Origin: Desulfuromonadales bacterium
GTDB taxonomy: Bacteria > Desulfobacterota > Desulfuromonadia > Desulfuromonadales > SZUA-540
NCBI GenBank assembly: GCA_033549025.1
Contig: JAWSUS010000021.1
Location: forward strand, 1-62,571
Reading direction: 5' to 3'
DNA length: 62,571 nt
Shown: positions 39,402 through 49,772 of the stretch, in pieces
Layout: each line of letters opens with the position of its first letter
Numbering within the stretch: the stretch's first letter is position 1
Notes under the pieces: generated by a model
What the model was told of the DNA's origin: nothing
The model's input: only the letters and a program-made list of their open reading frames with translations
The model's database searches: none
Position numbers and translations under genes: made by a program

Positions 39402-41639
39402 TCAACTCCTTCCCGGGCGAGGGATGATGAGCGTGATCGGGGTGTCCGGCTCACTGACGTAGATCCAATAGCCGATCCAGGGCACCATAGCTGCTTTTTC
39501 CGGGGTGCCGGCACTGACGAAAGCGTAGGCATCGGTGCCCTTGTAGCGGTAGAGGGCGTTGGCGACCAGATGGCGAGCGGCGGCGTCCAGCCAGGGGATG
39601 GGCGTTTCGGCACCGGCCTGAACGAGGATGTCTTCGAGTACGATCTGGCCCTGATAGGGGTTCGCTATCAGGTTCCAACCGGCCTGTAGCGGCTGGGTGA
39701 AGGTCGCGGTTTCGATGTCGGCGAAGGCGCTGAAATCGGGCAGCGATGAAGAGGCGGTCTTTTTGATGAAGACCCCTTCGCCGACTTTGGCCGGATTGGC
39801 GCTGTTGATGGGGCTGTAGGAACCATCATTGCTCGTGCTGGTGATCCCTTTGGATATCCAGCGGTAGGCCTGATTCGTCGCGAAGGCCTGAGTGGCGGTC
39901 AGGGCGGCTCCGTCAATGTTTTTAGGGATACCCACCACGTTGACGCCCGGCAGCAGTTCGATGGTCGGCCCGGCCAGTATGCCGCTGGACGGATAGATCC
40001 AGACCAGGTCATTGCGGCTGTCCCGTACCTCAAAGTGGAAGCGGTGCGAAGGCGCCGGTCCCAGTTCCAGGGTACGGGAGAAAACGGCGCCCGTTACGAC
40101 GTCGCCTTCTGTCTGGCTCATGAGGTAAGGGGAGCCGTTGAGGACCAGAAGCACGTCGAGATCGGCGCCGCCCAGACTGTCGCGCAGCACGACGCTGAAG
40201 CGGTACTGCAGTTCGGCGGTGGGAACGCCGTCTATGAGGTTGTCCAGGGCGCTGCCGCCGTCCGTCCGTTCGACGCCGGGGAGCTCGGCGTCTCCAGCGG
40301 GCAGGCTTAGCCCGTCGGAGATGGCCGCGAATTCAGCCTTGATCTGGTGATGCTGCTGGACCGCGCTGAAGCGGTATTCCGGCAGAGGTCCCTGGGACTC
40401 TCCGTCCACGATGACATCGGCGATGATGAAGCCGTTTTTGGGCAGGATGACGAACTTCTGCTCGCCGTCATAAACGATTTCCACCTCGCCCGTCGGGGAG
40501 ATGACGCCGCCTTCCAGGGCGGTGGCGGTGATTACCCAGTCGGCCCGGGCGGTCTCAAGGGGGAAAGCATCCTGGCTGTCGGCGACGCCGTCGTTGTCGT
40601 CATCGCCGTCCGCGTTGTTGCCAATGCCGTCCTGATCCGTGTCGACCGATTCGGTGGGGTCTTCGGGGAAGGCGTCTTCGGCGTCCACGACGCCGTCGCC
40701 GTCGCTGTCCTGGGGGCCGTCGGCGGCAACGGTGATGGAGAAGGCCGGCAACGAGGCGCTGGCCTGGCCGTCACTGACCGAAATGACGATGGAAGCAAAG
40801 GTCTGGACATCCTGGCTGACCGGCGTGCCCTGCAGGGTGCCGGTGGCGCTGTCGAATGTCGCCCAGGCCGGCTTGTTGACAATGGAGAAGGTCAGGCGAT
40901 CGTCGATGTCCTTGTCTTCAGCCATGGGCGTAAAGGCATAGAGCGAACCCTCTTTGGCGCTGGTGGCCGGGGTGCCGCTGATAAAAGGGGCCCGATTGCT
41001 GTCCAGCACCGTGACCGCCACGGTTTCGCTGTCGCTGAGCTTGCCGTCGGAGACACTGAAGGTGACGGCGTAGGTCCCCGCCTGCTCGAAAGACGGGGTC
41101 CAGCTGAAAGTGCGGGTGGCGGCGTTGAAGGTAGCTCCGGTCGGCAGACCGCCTGCGCTGAAAACCAAGGGGTCGCCTTCGGCGTCAGTGGCGCTCAGGT
41201 TGAAGGAGAGGGTGGAGTTTTCCGATATGGACCGGGCACCGATAGAGGCCAGGACTGGAGCGCTGTTCGTCGGGACGAGAACGGGAACCTGCGCCGAAAC
41301 GATATTGGATATGGGACTTTCGTTGCCGGCTGCGTCATAGGCGGTGACGGTGAAGTAGTAGCTCTGCCCATCCGCCAGACCGGTGAGACTGGTGGTCAGT
41401 GTGTCGCCAACGTCCACGGGGGAATTCCCCTGGTCGGCACCGGTTCCTGTGAAAGGGAGGGTGTCGGAGCCGGCCTGGTAGTGCAGACGATAGCCGATTA
41501 CACCTGGAGATGGGTTTGCATCCCAGGCCAGACTGATCTGGCCGGCATAGGCCGGTATGGCGGTCAGTGTCCAGCACGCCAGCGTCAAGGCCAGGCGCAC
41601 CAGGGTGGAAATCCCTTTTTTCATGATGATCTGTGTCAT
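39402..41639 (-). CDS. secreted surface protein with FN3, Ig/cadherin-like and TSP3-like Ca-binding repeats
   Basis: Signal peptide, SLAWD..YYFTVTAYDAAGNES, two Ig units, DSDGDGVVDAEDAFP repeats. Confidence 0.85.
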   Translation of the reverse strand: MTQIIMKKGISTLVRLALTLACWTLTAIPAYAGQISLAWDANPSPGVIGYRLHYQAGSDTLPFTGTGADQGNSPVDVGDTLTTSLTGLADGQSYYFTVTAYDAAGNESPISNIVSAQVPVLVPTNSAPVLASIGARSISENSTLSFNLSATDAEGDPLVFSAGGLPTGATFNAATRTFSWTPSFEQAGTYAVTFSVSDGKLSDSETVAVTVLDSNRAPFISGTPATSAKEGSLYAFTPMAEDKDIDDRLTFSIVNKPAWATFDSATGTLQGTPVSQDVQTFASIVISVSDGQASASLPAFSITVAADGPQDSDGDGVVDAEDAFPEDPTESVDTDQDGIGNNADGDDDNDGVADSQDAFPLETARADWVITATALEGGVISPTGEVEIVYDGEQKFVILPKNGFIIADVIVDGESQGPLPEYRFSAVQQHHQIKAEFAAISDGLSLPAGDAELPGVERTDGGSALDNLIDGVPTAELQYRFSVVLRDSLGGADLDVLLVLNGSPYLMSQTEGDVVTGAVFSRTLELGPAPSHRFHFEVRDSRNDLVWIYPSSGILAGPTIELLPGVNVVGIPKNIDGAALTATQAFATNQAYRWISKGITSTSNDGSYSPINSANPAKVGEGVFIKKTASSSLPDFSAFADIETATFTQPLQAGWNLIANPYQGQIVLEDILVQAGAETPIPWLDAAARHLVANALYRYKGTDAYAFVSAGTPEKAAMVPWIGYWIYVSEPDTPITLIIPRPGRS

Positions 41640-41704
41640 GTTGCCTCTTTTTCATTTGGTGTCCGGTTTTTACCGGCACGGGTATGGCGGTTGGGCGAAA
41701 ATTC

Positions 41705-41742
41705 AAAAAAAAACGCTCACCTCGTTACCGAAGGTGAGCGTT
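41705..41742 (-). terminator. riboswitch-associated terminator
   Basis: AACGCTCACCT...AGGTGAGCG followed by a U tract on the minus strand. Confidence 0.85.
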
Positions 41743-41792
41743 CGATCCATGTCGCCTGCCGCGAGGGCAGGAAGCAGGGTGCTGACGTTCTC

Positions 41793-41875
41793 TTCGGTAG
41801 CCCGGCTGTCCTCGCCTGGTGAGGAGGACCCGTGGCTTTGCGTCCCCAGATTGCTCTGGGTTTGCCTTTGTCGGA
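41793..41875 (-). ncRNA. c-di-GMP-I (GEMM-I) riboswitch, canonical G20/C92
   Basis: CCGACAAAGGCAAACCCAGAGCAATCTGGGGACGCAAAGCCACGGGTCC...GGACAGCCGGGCTACCGAA. Confidence 0.92.
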
Positions 41876-41972
41876 GTTAGATTTTTTGATTTACCTGGTA
41901 CTCTTTACGGCCTTGACGGGGCGTTGCCTCCTTCTACATGAATAAAAAAGCTCGGCCGTTTGCTGCCTTACA

Positions 41973-41989
41973 AGCATGAGCCGTGCCAA
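41973..41989 (-). promoter_or_regulatory. sigma54 promoter
   Basis: TTGGCACGGCTCATGCT, GG and GC correctly spaced. Confidence 0.75.
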
Positions 41990-42233
41990 ATTCGACAAAA
42001 AGATAAGCGGAAAAGAGATGGATCAGGGGAGGGCCAAACAGGGAAAGGAATTATTTTCTCAGTCATTTCAAGGAGTAAGAAGTAAAACAAAAGTGACGCA
42101 AAAACAGGGAGTTTTGCCCTTCAGGCGGATGGCGGAACGTTTTCTCAGGTCCTGATCCTTTCATCCACTGGACAATAACTGTCACAGGATGAGGTGATTT
42201 GAACGCAGGGGTGATGGACTATTGACACACCGG

Positions 42234-42824
42234 TCACAGGGAGCGGGTTTCGCGGACTCGGTAACGGGCGAGTTCAGCCAGCACTTTTTTGCGGCATTCT
42301 TCCATTCGTTCCCGATGTTTTTCCAGCGAATCATCGGGCCCGCCACTTCCTTGCGCGGGCAGATGTTCCAGGGTTGCCCGGATACTGAGGACCTGGTCAT
42401 GGAATTGACTCACAAGGGTGTTGATCTCCCGGGCCAGTTCCGTCACCTCGTCCCCTTTGCGCAAGGTGATCTGCTTGCAAAGATCGCCTTCCCGTATCTG
42501 CTTCAGGTCCTGCTCGATGCGGTAGACGCTGCCGGCGTAATTTTTGGGAAAAAAGAGGCTGGCGATAAAACCAACCACCAGGCTGAAGACAAAGGAATAG
42601 GCGACCGTGGGCAGCAGCATGTCGAGAAAGCTGCGCGCCTTGATGTGGAACAGCTTGAAGGACGAGGTGATCTCCACATTGGCGAAATGGTAGTAGACGG
42701 CGCTGCTCAGCAGCAGGCAGATAAAGAGGATGCTGCTGATGCGGGCGATCATGCGCCATTGCATGGCCCTGTGGATGCTCAGGTTGAGAAGCTTACGTTT
42801 TTTCAGTGAAGTGTCGGGATTCAT
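42234..42824 (-). CDS. 2-TM HAMP-domain membrane protein
   Basis: Two TMs, AGSVYRIEQDL..GDL..ITLRKGDE. Confidence 0.8.
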   Translation of the reverse strand: MNPDTSLKKRKLLNLSIHRAMQWRMIARISSILFICLLLSSAVYYHFANVEITSSFKLFHIKARSFLDMLLPTVAYSFVFSLVVGFIASLFFPKNYAGSVYRIEQDLKQIREGDLCKQITLRKGDEVTELAREINTLVSQFHDQVLSIRATLEHLPAQGSGGPDDSLEKHRERMEECRKKVLAELARYRVRETRSL

Positions 42825-42832
42825 GGCTCTCC

Positions 42833-43375
42833 TCAAAACATGGTCGCCGGGGACGAGTTTTTGAAGCGGATATGGCAGGTCACGCACAATTTGGTTTTGA
42901 CGATTTCCCTGACCAGCTGGCTGGCGGGAGCGCCGTGGGGCCCGTGACAGGTCACGCAGGTCATCATGCCGTCCTCGATGGTCGGCAGTTCCTCCGGAAT
43001 GATGGTGTTGCCCCGGCGGGCATGGAGCCGCACGGGATGCGAGGCCCCGAGGTCCGTGTCCGAATGGCAGCTCAGGCAGAGCTCGATGGTCAGATCCTGC
43101 GGTTCACGCAGGCGGGCATGGATGCCTGCTTTCCCGTCCGATACGTCCTGCCGCGCCGAGCCGCCGGCCAGATGGCAGCGGCGGCATTGCCTTTCGAAAA
43201 AGGGCGGATGGGTGAATTTCTGCGCCATCCCCTCATTGAAGGTGTCGACATGACACCGGATGCACTGGTCGTCCTCGCTCTCCTCGGGCAGAACCCAGGT
43301 GGAAGCGGAAAGAGCCCCGAATAGCACCCCGGCGATTAGGAGCACCGCTGGTAAAAGATATTTCATCACAGGCAA
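42833..43375 (-). CDS. pentaheme c-type cytochrome
   Basis: Signal peptide; 5 CxxCH motifs. Confidence 0.88.
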   Translation of the reverse strand: MPVMKYLLPAVLLIAGVLFGALSASTWVLPEESEDDQCIRCHVDTFNEGMAQKFTHPPFFERQCRRCHLAGGSARQDVSDGKAGIHARLREPQDLTIELCLSCHSDTDLGASHPVRLHARRGNTIIPEELPTIEDGMMTCVTCHGPHGAPASQLVREIVKTKLCVTCHIRFKNSSPATMF

Positions 43376-43421
43376 CTCTCTGCGGCATGTTGCGGGGGGA
43401 CCCGGTCCCCCCTTTTAGCCT

Positions 43422-44318
43422 TTACTCCACCACAAGGAACTGCTGGACCCGGTTGTTTTCCCGATCGGCAATGAAGACGTCTCCCTGGTCGCTGATGCTG
43501 ATCCCCTCCGGATAGAAGAGTTGGCTGTCGTTCCAGCCCATCCCGAGTTTGCGCCCGAGAAAAGAGCCATCCATGCCGATGACCGCCAGACCGCTGCCAT
43601 ACTGATCGACCAGATAGACATGCCCCTGGTTGTCGGCCTCAAGGGTCGAGGGGAAATTCATGTGCTCCTTCAGGCTGCCGGTCAGGGGAGCAAACGAGTC
43701 CTCCCCCTTTTTGGCCAGGTAGACCACGGCCGTGACGCTGTCGATCAAAAAGACGTTGCCCTGGCGGTCGACGCTGAGGTCGGAGATGAAGCCGTACTCC
43801 GCCGGAAAGGGGATCTGCCCCTGTGCGGCACCGGATTCGTCCACCCACAACACCCGTTCGGAAAATATATCCAGAATGGCTATCTTGCCGTCGGCGGTGA
43901 TGCGCAGGCTGCGCGGCACCACCTTGCCGGATACCGCCCCCTTGATGTCCAGATTCCCCTTGAGGGCGCCATCGGCGCCAAACCGGACGATGCGGTGATC
44001 CTTGCCGTCAAGCACGAACAATTCCCCGTTGCTGCCGATCTGTACTTTGACCGGATAGATGCGGTCCACGGGCAGGGTGGCGCCGGGGGTGACGACCCCG
44101 TCCTTGAGGGTGAAGCGCAAAAGGCGGCGGTTGTCGCTGTCCGTCACGATAATGGTGTCCTCTTTCAGGGCTACCGAAGAAGGGCCGTTCATCGGTTTGC
44201 CATCGGCATCGCCATAAAGGGTCTGAATGAATTTGAGTTTCACCGTACCGGCTGCCGAAGCGGCCAGGGGAAGCAGAAACAGCATCAGAGTCAGGATGAC
44301 TATCCTCGCTGGTTTCAT
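43422..44318 (-). CDS. NHL-repeat beta-propeller protein
   Basis: Signal peptide; NFPSTL, FYPEGI, ADRENNRVQ. Confidence 0.85.
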   Translation of the reverse strand: MKPARIVILTLMLFLLPLAASAAGTVKLKFIQTLYGDADGKPMNGPSSVALKEDTIIVTDSDNRRLLRFTLKDGVVTPGATLPVDRIYPVKVQIGSNGELFVLDGKDHRIVRFGADGALKGNLDIKGAVSGKVVPRSLRITADGKIAILDIFSERVLWVDESGAAQGQIPFPAEYGFISDLSVDRQGNVFLIDSVTAVVYLAKKGEDSFAPLTGSLKEHMNFPSTLEADNQGHVYLVDQYGSGLAVIGMDGSFLGRKLGMGWNDSQLFYPEGISISDQGDVFIADRENNRVQQFLVVE

Positions 44319-44320
44319 GA

Positions 44321-45595
44321 TTACCTCCGATACTTGGTGTGACACTGAATGCACAGGTCGTTGATGGTTTCGTAGTAGAGGAAGTGCTTGTACTGGGTCC
44401 CGTGCGTGCGGTGGCAGCTCAGACAGTCCAGGGTCAGGTTGCGGTTGCGCGGGTCGACCACTTCGTTGCCGATGGGGTGCGTCGAGTGGGTCTGCCAGTC
44501 GTGGCACTGGCCGCACAGATCGACGGTGTTGGGCTCGTTGAGAATGAAGCGGTTGTTCGAGCTGTGCACGGAATGGCAGGAGCTGCATTCACCGTCGGCG
44601 ATGGGCTGATGCTTGGTCTGGCTGCGCTCCTGGCGGGCGATGGTGTCGGCATGGCAGCTGCCGCACACGTTGAGCATGGGGCCGGCCATCAGGTTGGCTT
44701 CCGACGAAGCGTGGGGCGCATGGCAGTTGATGCAGCCCTTCTTGTCGGCCAGGGGCCAGTGCAGACGGTCCTTGTTGAAGGTGTCGTTGAGCATTTCGTA
44801 GTGACAGCCCTGGCAGAGCTCGTATCCCGGTTTCAGGGTGGCGAAGGGGGTCGCCGAGGAGGGATCTTCGTGGCATTGCTTGCACATCCTCTTCTTCAGG
44901 GGCTCATGCACGTTGTCATAGAGAATGGACGGACTGTTCGATCCGTGGGGGTTGTGGCAGGAGGAACAGTTGGCTGTCTGTACCGGATAGTTGAGGTGCT
45001 GGCTCTTGAAGGTGCCTTTATTGGGGTCATGGCACTTCAGGCAGAGTTCCGGCGCTTTTTCCTTCAGCAGGGCCGAGCCCGTTTGGGAGGCATGGGGGTT
45101 GTGGCAGGTGAGGCAGTCCTTCTCCACGGGGGCGTGCTTCACCTTGTTCTGGGACATGGTCTGACCGAGTTCGGCATGGCACTCGAAGCAGAGGGCGCTG
45201 CCGGCCTGAAGGAGGTTGTTGCGGTTGTCGGCCGAATGGGGGTCATGGCAGAGGGCGCATTGGCCCTCGGCGACGACCTGGTGGATGCTTTTCGAGCCGT
45301 CCGGAATCAGACCGTCGTGACACTTGCTGCAGATTTGGCTCGGCTCCGCCGCCATCAGTTTGCCGTGGTCGGCGGCATGGGGGTTGTGGCAGCCGGTGCA
45401 GTCCCCTTTTTTCAGGGGCGTGTGAATATGGGGTTTCTTCATCTTGTCCTTGAGGGCCTCATGGCAGGTCAGGCAAAGATCGCCCCGGGCTCCCTTGGCC
45501 AGCTTGAGTTGCGCGTCGGTGGCACCGAGCGCGGTTGAAGCCGTCAAGACAAGGACCGCGAAAAGAATCAGGATCAGGTTCGTTTTCAGGTTCAT
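44321..45595 (-). CDS. 16-heme c-type cytochrome
   Basis: Signal peptide; 16 CxxCH counted, in paired CxxCH/CxxCHxPH pattern. Confidence 0.92.
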   Translation of the reverse strand: MNLKTNLILILFAVLVLTASTALGATDAQLKLAKGARGDLCLTCHEALKDKMKKPHIHTPLKKGDCTGCHNPHAADHGKLMAAEPSQICSKCHDGLIPDGSKSIHQVVAEGQCALCHDPHSADNRNNLLQAGSALCFECHAELGQTMSQNKVKHAPVEKDCLTCHNPHASQTGSALLKEKAPELCLKCHDPNKGTFKSQHLNYPVQTANCSSCHNPHGSNSPSILYDNVHEPLKKRMCKQCHEDPSSATPFATLKPGYELCQGCHYEMLNDTFNKDRLHWPLADKKGCINCHAPHASSEANLMAGPMLNVCGSCHADTIARQERSQTKHQPIADGECSSCHSVHSSNNRFILNEPNTVDLCGQCHDWQTHSTHPIGNEVVDPRNRNLTLDCLSCHRTHGTQYKHFLYYETINDLCIQCHTKYRR

Positions 45596-45605
45596 ATCGT
45601 CCCCC

Positions 45606-47585
45606 TTACTGCTCGACAAGGTGGCAGGGTTCACAGGATCGTGCCGCAAAGGGCGCATGCATGACATCCTTGAAGTATTGCGGGTCTTTGGAGGCGTGCG
45701 GATTGTGACAGCTGACGCAGTCCATGACCTCGGTGGCGATGCCCGCATGCGCCTTGCGGAAGGAGTCGACATCCGTCTCATGACAGGCGGCGCACAGGCT
45801 GTGCTGCGGCTCGGTCAGCAGGCGGTTCTGCTCCGACAGGTGCGGTTTGTGGCACTGCAGGCAATCCTGCGCGGCCGGAGAATGGGCCCGCTCGCTGCCC
45901 ATCTTGTCTTTCAGGGTCGTGTGGCAGCTGAGACAAAGATCGGGGCCGGTGGTGAGCAGCAGGCCGGGCAGGGCCGTTTTGTGAGGACTGTGGCACTGGC
46001 TGCACTCCCCGTTGGTGACGGGGGCGTGCTGGCTTTTTGCCGAAGCCAGTTCGTCGGTGAGATCACTGTGGCAGGCCGCGCACACGGTTCTCTGCGCGTC
46101 GGCGAGCATGCCGCCGTAGGGGCTGGCATGGGGGTCATGACAGATGAGGCAATCCCGATCCTTGAAGGGGGAATGCTCCAGCTCCTTGTTCGGGTTGTCC
46201 ATCATCGTCTCATGGCATTTCACGCAGAGATCGGCGCCCTGGGCCCGCAGGAAGCGCGCATCTGAACCGCCGTGGCCGCTGTGACAGAGGGTGCAGCTCC
46301 CCGATTTGACCGGCTGATGGATGACCGTCTGCAGGAACTCGCCTTCCAGCTCGGCGTGGCACTGGTAGCACAGAGCGTCGGCCCGTTGGGTAAGCATGTC
46401 GGGTGCGTTGGAGCCGTGCGGGTTATGACAGGTACTGCACATCTCTTCCGTGGCCGGCTGGTGAGGTTTCGCCAGCTTGGCGATGGCCGTTTTGACGTCC
46501 GCATGGCACTCAAGGCACTGCTGGCCGTCCGGTTGGGCGAGCAGGCCGTCGTGCAGACCGGCATGGGGTGAATGGCAGGAGAGGCACCCCCGGTCCGAAT
46601 CGACCGGCGCATGCGGGCTGGTGAACTTGGCGTTTTTCTCGGCATGGCACTCAAAGCAGAGCTGATTGCCTTGGGCTGTGAGAAGCACGGCATTGTCCGA
46701 GGTGTGCGGTGCGTGACAGGAGAGACATTCGCCCCCCTCGAAGGGTGAATGGAGCACGGTGCCGCCGCCCTTGAGCGCGTCGGGGTCATGGCAGTTCTGG
46801 CACAGTTCGCTGCCCGTCTGGGCCAGGCCGAAGGGCTCTGCCGAGGTGGCGCCGTTGTGGCAGGCCTCACAGCTGGCTTCCGCCACCGGCGAGTGGACGC
46901 TGCCTTTAAGGAGGCCGCCCAAATCGCTTGAATGGGGATCGTGGCAGAGGGTGCAGGACTGCTGTTCCACCGGGTAGTCTCCATGGGCCTGACGAAAGGT
47001 TTTATCCCCGGGGTCATGGCATGAGAGGCAGAGTTTCAGCGGATTCTCCGTCAGCAGGTTCGGTTCGGGGGAACCGTGGGCCATGTGACAGGCGCGGCAG
47101 CCCTGATCCTTGATGACGCCATGCACCTCCTTGCGGGAGAAGGGCGTCTTATCGTGACACTGGAAACAGATGTCGCTGCCGCTGGCATTCATCATGAAGG
47201 GGTTGTCCGAGGCGTGCGGGTTGTGGCAGGTCGTGCATTGCCCCTTGCGCACGGCACTGTGAACACCCTTTTTGTCCAGGCCCAGGTCTTCCTGGCTGTG
47301 GCAGGGGAAGCAGACCTTGTTCCCCGACTCCTTCAGCAGCAGCTTGGGGATGATGCCGTGGGGCAGGTGGCATTCCTCGCATTTCTGGTCCTTGACGATG
47401 GCGTGCACATGTTTTTTGGACAGGTATTCCTTGTCAAAGTCCTTGTGGCAGTCGATACAGCCCTGGCGGCTGAAGGAACGCTTGGCCGCCTCGGCCTCCC
47501 CGGTCGTAAAACCTGCCAAAAGGACGATGACTACCGCGGAAAAGAGAGCCGTCCAAATTCCGTTTTTTCCTGACGAAAAGCTCAT
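45606..47585 (-). CDS. 26-heme c-type cytochrome
   Basis: Signal peptide; 26 CxxCH counted. Confidence 0.92.
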   Translation of the reverse strand: MSFSSGKNGIWTALFSAVVIVLLAGFTTGEAEAAKRSFSRQGCIDCHKDFDKEYLSKKHVHAIVKDQKCEECHLPHGIIPKLLLKESGNKVCFPCHSQEDLGLDKKGVHSAVRKGQCTTCHNPHASDNPFMMNASGSDICFQCHDKTPFSRKEVHGVIKDQGCRACHMAHGSPEPNLLTENPLKLCLSCHDPGDKTFRQAHGDYPVEQQSCTLCHDPHSSDLGGLLKGSVHSPVAEASCEACHNGATSAEPFGLAQTGSELCQNCHDPDALKGGGTVLHSPFEGGECLSCHAPHTSDNAVLLTAQGNQLCFECHAEKNAKFTSPHAPVDSDRGCLSCHSPHAGLHDGLLAQPDGQQCLECHADVKTAIAKLAKPHQPATEEMCSTCHNPHGSNAPDMLTQRADALCYQCHAELEGEFLQTVIHQPVKSGSCTLCHSGHGGSDARFLRAQGADLCVKCHETMMDNPNKELEHSPFKDRDCLICHDPHASPYGGMLADAQRTVCAACHSDLTDELASAKSQHAPVTNGECSQCHSPHKTALPGLLLTTGPDLCLSCHTTLKDKMGSERAHSPAAQDCLQCHKPHLSEQNRLLTEPQHSLCAACHETDVDSFRKAHAGIATEVMDCVSCHNPHASKDPQYFKDVMHAPFAARSCEPCHLVEQ

Positions 47586-47656
47586 GGTCCAACCTCGCTC
47601 AGAAAATAACCTTGTCAATGATTGTCTGCTGTCAAATCTCTTACTCTTAAAATCTC

Positions 47657-49699
47657 TCACGAAGCCTGCCCGCTCAGATAGATGCGGGTGTCGTAGGCTT
47701 CCCTGAGTTTGCCGATCCACATCTCCAGGGTTTCCTCAACCTTGTTCTGGAAAATGATCTGCCTGATCTCCTCCCGGACCTGATCGTAAGGCTTCGGCTC
47801 GGGCGGATAGACCTTTTCAAAATAGAGCACGTAGAAAAATTTACCCGGATCGTCGAAGACAATGGCATCGCCGGTGCGATAGCTTTCGCCTTCCTTCTGC
47901 AGATGGGCCGGCAGGGAGGTCAGGCTCAGGATGCTGTTGCCGAAAGTGAGAAGGTCCTTGTTCTCCACAGGCACCAGGCCGGAAGAGTTGGCGGCCACCC
48001 ACTTGAAATCGCTCCCCCCCTGCAGCTTCTTCAAGGCTTCGCGGGCGTCGTTCTCACGGTAGAAGGGGAGGGACTTGACCCGCAGCATGGTTGGGGTGGA
48101 ATACTTCTGCAGGTTGTCGTCGTAATACTTGCGGACTTCCTCTTCGCTGATGGTCACATCGGGGACGACGGCCTTCTGCACGAAGTTGTCGAACAGGGTC
48201 TTGCGCTCGAACTCCTCGACCTGCAGGCGGTAATCCTGTTCCTTGTCCAACCCGAGGTTTTTGGCGACCAAAGTGCCGGCCCGGCGGAAGAGGATGTCGG
48301 TGAGAATCTGGTCCTTTTTGCCCTCCACTTCTTTGACGTCCAGGGGGATGTCCGTGCCGTGATAGAAAGTGCTGTTCAGCCTACCGGCAAATTCAGCCAC
48401 CGTGAGGATCTCTGGCTCGGCGCCCTTGACGGTGGCGAGCACGCGATTGTCCGTCAGCAAAGGCGCTATCGCCGCGCCGAGTTTGATCTCCGGGTTCTTT
48501 TCCTTGATTTTGGCAAAGTCGATAGCGGCCTTCGCCTCTTTGTTGAATGCGGCTTTTTCATCAACCAGCCTGGAGACATATTTCTCTCCCTGGCTGGCCA
48601 CCTGCCTGTCCCATACCGCTTTGCGGGCGAACTGCAGGGCAGCCGGATCTTCCATGAAGCGTTTGTCGACCAGGCGGAAGATGAGGAAGCCGTCCGCCTT
48701 CGTGTAGATCTTGCTGATGTCCCCTGCCTTCATCTCCTTGGCATCGGTGGCGATCTGGGGAAGCAGATTCTTGAAGGACGTGTATTCCGCGTCGGGCTCT
48801 TTCACGGCCTTGCCCTGGGCGATGGCTTCTTTGATCAGGGCGTCGAAGGATTTCTTCTCTTCCAGAGCCTTGAGGATTGCGACGGCATCCTCCTGTGTGG
48901 AGAAGCGGTAACTTTCAAACTTCCCTTCCAGGGAAATATCCCGGTAGAGCTTGTTCGCCTCTTCCTCGTCGACGGTCAGGCCGGCCAGCTGTTTGTTGAG
49001 TAGAGCGTACAGAAGGGTCTTTTCGGCAAAATCATCGACCTGCTTACGGATCGTGGCGGTCTGGTCCAGGCCGATGTTCCGTGCCTCCAGTGCGACCAGA
49101 CGAACAGCAATCAGGCGGTCCAGCAGGTGCTGCGCGTTTTCGGTAAGGGTGGAATGGTGGTTCTCTTCGGTCATATCACCATACGAAGCCTTCAAATCCC
49201 GTGAAAATTCGGCCATGACGATGGGCTCCTGGTCGATCTCAGCCACGGGGGTTTCCCCGTACCACAGGGAGAAGAGAGGAGCGTTCAGCAGCAGATTCCG
49301 GTCTTTGTCGATGCCCCCTGCCGTCATGCGTTCGACGCGCACATCAGTTTTGCCTTGTGATCGCTCGGCAATCACCTTGTCGAGTTCACGGTTCAAGGTG
49401 TTGGTCAGGGCCTTGGCCGCGCCCTCCGTCGGCAGGGGCATTTCCTCGTGAACGGGCGTAAGAAAGGGCGTCAGCTGGCCCAGCAGGACGGGATGCTCGT
49501 TGACAAAAGCGACGGGTGTGCCGGCGAAGCTGGCTGAAAAAACAGGAATCTTCAGGTTGAGGGTGGCGCTGTCGTCCAGGACCACCTGGTTGGCACGATG
49601 CTCCTCGGCATGCTGGGCATCGCCAAAGGCGTAGGCCGAGGTCAGAGGAGCAAGGCTGATCATCAGTGCGAGAGGGATTAGGCGAAGCATTTTTTTCAT
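47657..49699 (-). CDS. periplasmic SurA/parvulin-like chaperone (PPIase-like)
   Basis: Signal peptide; duplicated ARNIGLDQ/AKNLGLDK and VTISEEEVRKYY units; PYDQVREEI. Confidence 0.8.
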   Translation of the reverse strand: MKKMLRLIPLALMISLAPLTSAYAFGDAQHAEEHRANQVVLDDSATLNLKIPVFSASFAGTPVAFVNEHPVLLGQLTPFLTPVHEEMPLPTEGAAKALTNTLNRELDKVIAERSQGKTDVRVERMTAGGIDKDRNLLLNAPLFSLWYGETPVAEIDQEPIVMAEFSRDLKASYGDMTEENHHSTLTENAQHLLDRLIAVRLVALEARNIGLDQTATIRKQVDDFAEKTLLYALLNKQLAGLTVDEEEANKLYRDISLEGKFESYRFSTQEDAVAILKALEEKKSFDALIKEAIAQGKAVKEPDAEYTSFKNLLPQIATDAKEMKAGDISKIYTKADGFLIFRLVDKRFMEDPAALQFARKAVWDRQVASQGEKYVSRLVDEKAAFNKEAKAAIDFAKIKEKNPEIKLGAAIAPLLTDNRVLATVKGAEPEILTVAEFAGRLNSTFYHGTDIPLDVKEVEGKKDQILTDILFRRAGTLVAKNLGLDKEQDYRLQVEEFERKTLFDNFVQKAVVPDVTISEEEVRKYYDDNLQKYSTPTMLRVKSLPFYRENDAREALKKLQGGSDFKWVAANSSGLVPVENKDLLTFGNSILSLTSLPAHLQKEGESYRTGDAIVFDDPGKFFYVLYFEKVYPPEPKPYDQVREEIRQIIFQNKVEETLEMWIGKLREAYDTRIYLSGQAS

Positions 49700-49772
49700 G
49701 AAGTAACCTCTTGGTCAGTGGTTGACATTAAAGGAATGATTCTAATGAAAGCGAAAAACGTACCAGTTTCTC

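Noticed and set aside
41793..41875. cGAMP-specific (A20) riboswitch
   Set aside because: Position 20 is G and position 92 is C, the canonical c-di-GMP signature
44321..47585. Recurrent GTGGCA/ATGGCA words as CRISPR or DNA repeats
   Set aside because: They are the reverse complement of Cys-His codons in CxxCH motifs; no constant repeat-spacer structure
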